From the NCBI GenBank assembly GCA_012516665.1, contig JAAYWN010000117.1, positions 1 to 51,459 of the forward strand: 51,459 nucleotides of DNA, read 5' to 3'. Below the pieces are notes generated by a model. That model did no database searches and was not told the DNA's origin. It saw only the letters and a list, made by a program, of their open reading frames with translations. The translations under genes and the position numbers were made by a program. Shown one piece after another: positions 50,279 through 51,459 of this stretch (its first letter is position 1; each line of letters opens with the position of its first letter). The stretch is from Erysipelotrichaceae bacterium. GTDB lineage: Bacteria; Bacillota_I; Bacilli_A; Erysipelotrichales; Erysipelotrichaceae.

Positions 50279-50895
50279 TAAAAGCTCTGATGTTCGGCGG
50301 TGCTTTCAATCCGCCGACCAATGCACATATTGAGCTGGCATCATATGCATGCAGGAAGACGCACAGGGACTGTGCGGTCTTTGTGCCTTCACAGATGCAT
50401 TATATTGAAGATGATCAGCACAAGTCTTTTGCGTTTGATAATGATACAAGATTTCATATGCTGCAGAAGATTGCTGAACATAAGAACTGGATGGCTGTTT
50501 CTGATCATGAAATCAGAGCCAAGGTCCAGCCGCGTTCCTATTTTACTTTGCAGTATTTAAAAACACAGGGATATGACTGTTCTTTGCTGTTCGGTTCAGA
50601 TAAGCTTCCCGAGCTTGAACATGGCTGGCTGTACATCGAAGAGATCGCTCATGAATACGGTATTGTATGCATGGAAAGATCGCATGAGAACGTCCGCGAG
50701 ATCATTGTGGACAATCCGTATCTAAGGACCTTGCAGCCGTATATTGAGATTGTTGAAACACCGGAGAAATGGCAGGATATATCTTCCTCTCAAGTACGTC
50801 GCCTTTATCTGCAGAAGAAATATGAAGAGATCGATCCACTGATCCCGCCGGAGCTCAATGGTCTGCGGGATTATGGCGAAGGAGAACAGAAATGA
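50275..50895 (+). CDS. nadD: Nicotinate/nicotinamide mononucleotide adenylyltransferase
   Basis: FGGAFNPPTNAH, GSD, ISSSQVR. TTG start after GGAGG. Confidence 0.88.
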   Translation: MIKALMFGGAFNPPTNAHIELASYACRKTHRDCAVFVPSQMHYIEDDQHKSFAFDNDTRFHMLQKIAEHKNWMAVSDHEIRAKVQPRSYFTLQYLKTQGYDCSLLFGSDKLPELEHGWLYIEEIAHEYGIVCMERSHENVREIIVDNPYLRTLQPYIEIVETPEKWQDISSSQVRRLYLQKKYEEIDPLIPPELNGLRDYGEGEQK

Positions 50896-51459
50896 AAAAT
50901 CATATGATCAAAGTCGGTACTGCTGTGCCGTCCATGAGAGTGGCAGATGTCACTTACAATGTTGAACAGATCTGTGCAATGATCACCGCGAACAGCGACT
51001 GCGGTCTGCTTGTTTTTCCGGAACTATGCATTACAGGATACACATGCGCTGATCTTTTCGGCAGTGCAGCTCTGCTGGATGCGGCAGAGAAGGGGCTTGA
51101 GGATATTGCTAAAGCAACATTGATGGCACCTGGACTGACCGCTGCCGTCGGTATGCCTATGCGCTTTGAGAACAGTCTATACAACTGTGCCTGCTTTGTT
51201 TCTCAAGGTTCTGTCCTGGGCATTGTGCCGAAGATCAATCTGCCGACATATTCTGAATTCTATGAAACAAGATGGTTCCGCAGCGGAAAGGATATCAAGG
51301 ATCGTACGATCCTGTGCCATGGTGCAGAAGTCCCTTTTGGCAGTGATATCTTATTGAAAGATGCTAAGAGCGGTGCCGTGATCGGTACAGATATCTGTGA
51401 AGATCTGTGGGTACCTGATAAGCCAAGCACACATGCATGTCTTGCAGGCGCCAATATTA
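50892..51459 (+). CDS. nadE: Glutamine-dependent NAD+ synthetase, 3'-truncated by the window edge and absent from the ORF track
   Basis: Translated by hand from ATG 50892 (ATGA overlap with nadD): MKNHMIKVG...VFPELCITGYTCADLF...VPKINLPTYSEFYETRWF...ICEDLW, showing the nitrilase-like E-K-C triad. Confidence 0.93.
   Translation, partial: MKNHMIKVGTAVPSMRVADVTYNVEQICAMITANSDCGLLVFPELCITGYTCADLFGSAALLDAAEKGLEDIAKATLMAPGLTAAVGMPMRFENSLYNCACFVSQGSVLGIVPKINLPTYSEFYETRWFRSGKDIKDRTILCHGAEVPFGSDILLKDAKSGAVIGTDICEDLWVPDKPSTHACLAGANI

Noticed and set aside
47365-51459. NAD genes as a phage-type NAD reconstitution or defence island
   Set aside because: The genes are the standard pncA-pncB-nadD-nadE salvage set with NrtR, with no phage, SIR2 or TIR genes and no visible compositional break.

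Overview
A gene-dense, mostly + strand chromosomal segment from a Firmicute. Gene order and protein sequences suggest Erysipelotrichaceae; this is an inference. In order it holds: the end of a pyrimidine operon (carB-pyrK-pyrD-pyrF-pyrE); rpsB-tsf; two inverted genes (GlsB/YeaQ family and Ppx/GppA family); pyrH-frr-uppS-cdsA-dxr-rseP-galE; a four-gene block (membrane-anchored unknown protein, secreted GH73 glucosaminidase with DUF5648-like repeats, PTS IIA and IIB with no IIC/IID); radC; an AI-2E transporter and a ZnuA-fold lipoprotein lacking its His ligands, leading polA-mutM-coaE-dnaB-dnaI; pfkA-pyk; rnj/def; ftsW-rsmD-coaD-ogt; a double-CIRCE hrcA-grpE-dnaK-dnaJ-clpB operon; a LacI-sensor/GGDEF fusion; and an NrtR-boxed NAD salvage operon (nrtR-pncA-pncB-nadD-nadE, cut by the window end). 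I saw no mobile element, CRISPR array, tRNA or rRNA. The window is mostly housekeeping and I cannot claim a clearly new system. The best leads are the His-less ZnuA-like lipoprotein paired with AI-2E, the glucosaminidase/orphan-PTS block, the LacI-sensor diguanylate cyclase and several unusual cis-regulatory layouts.
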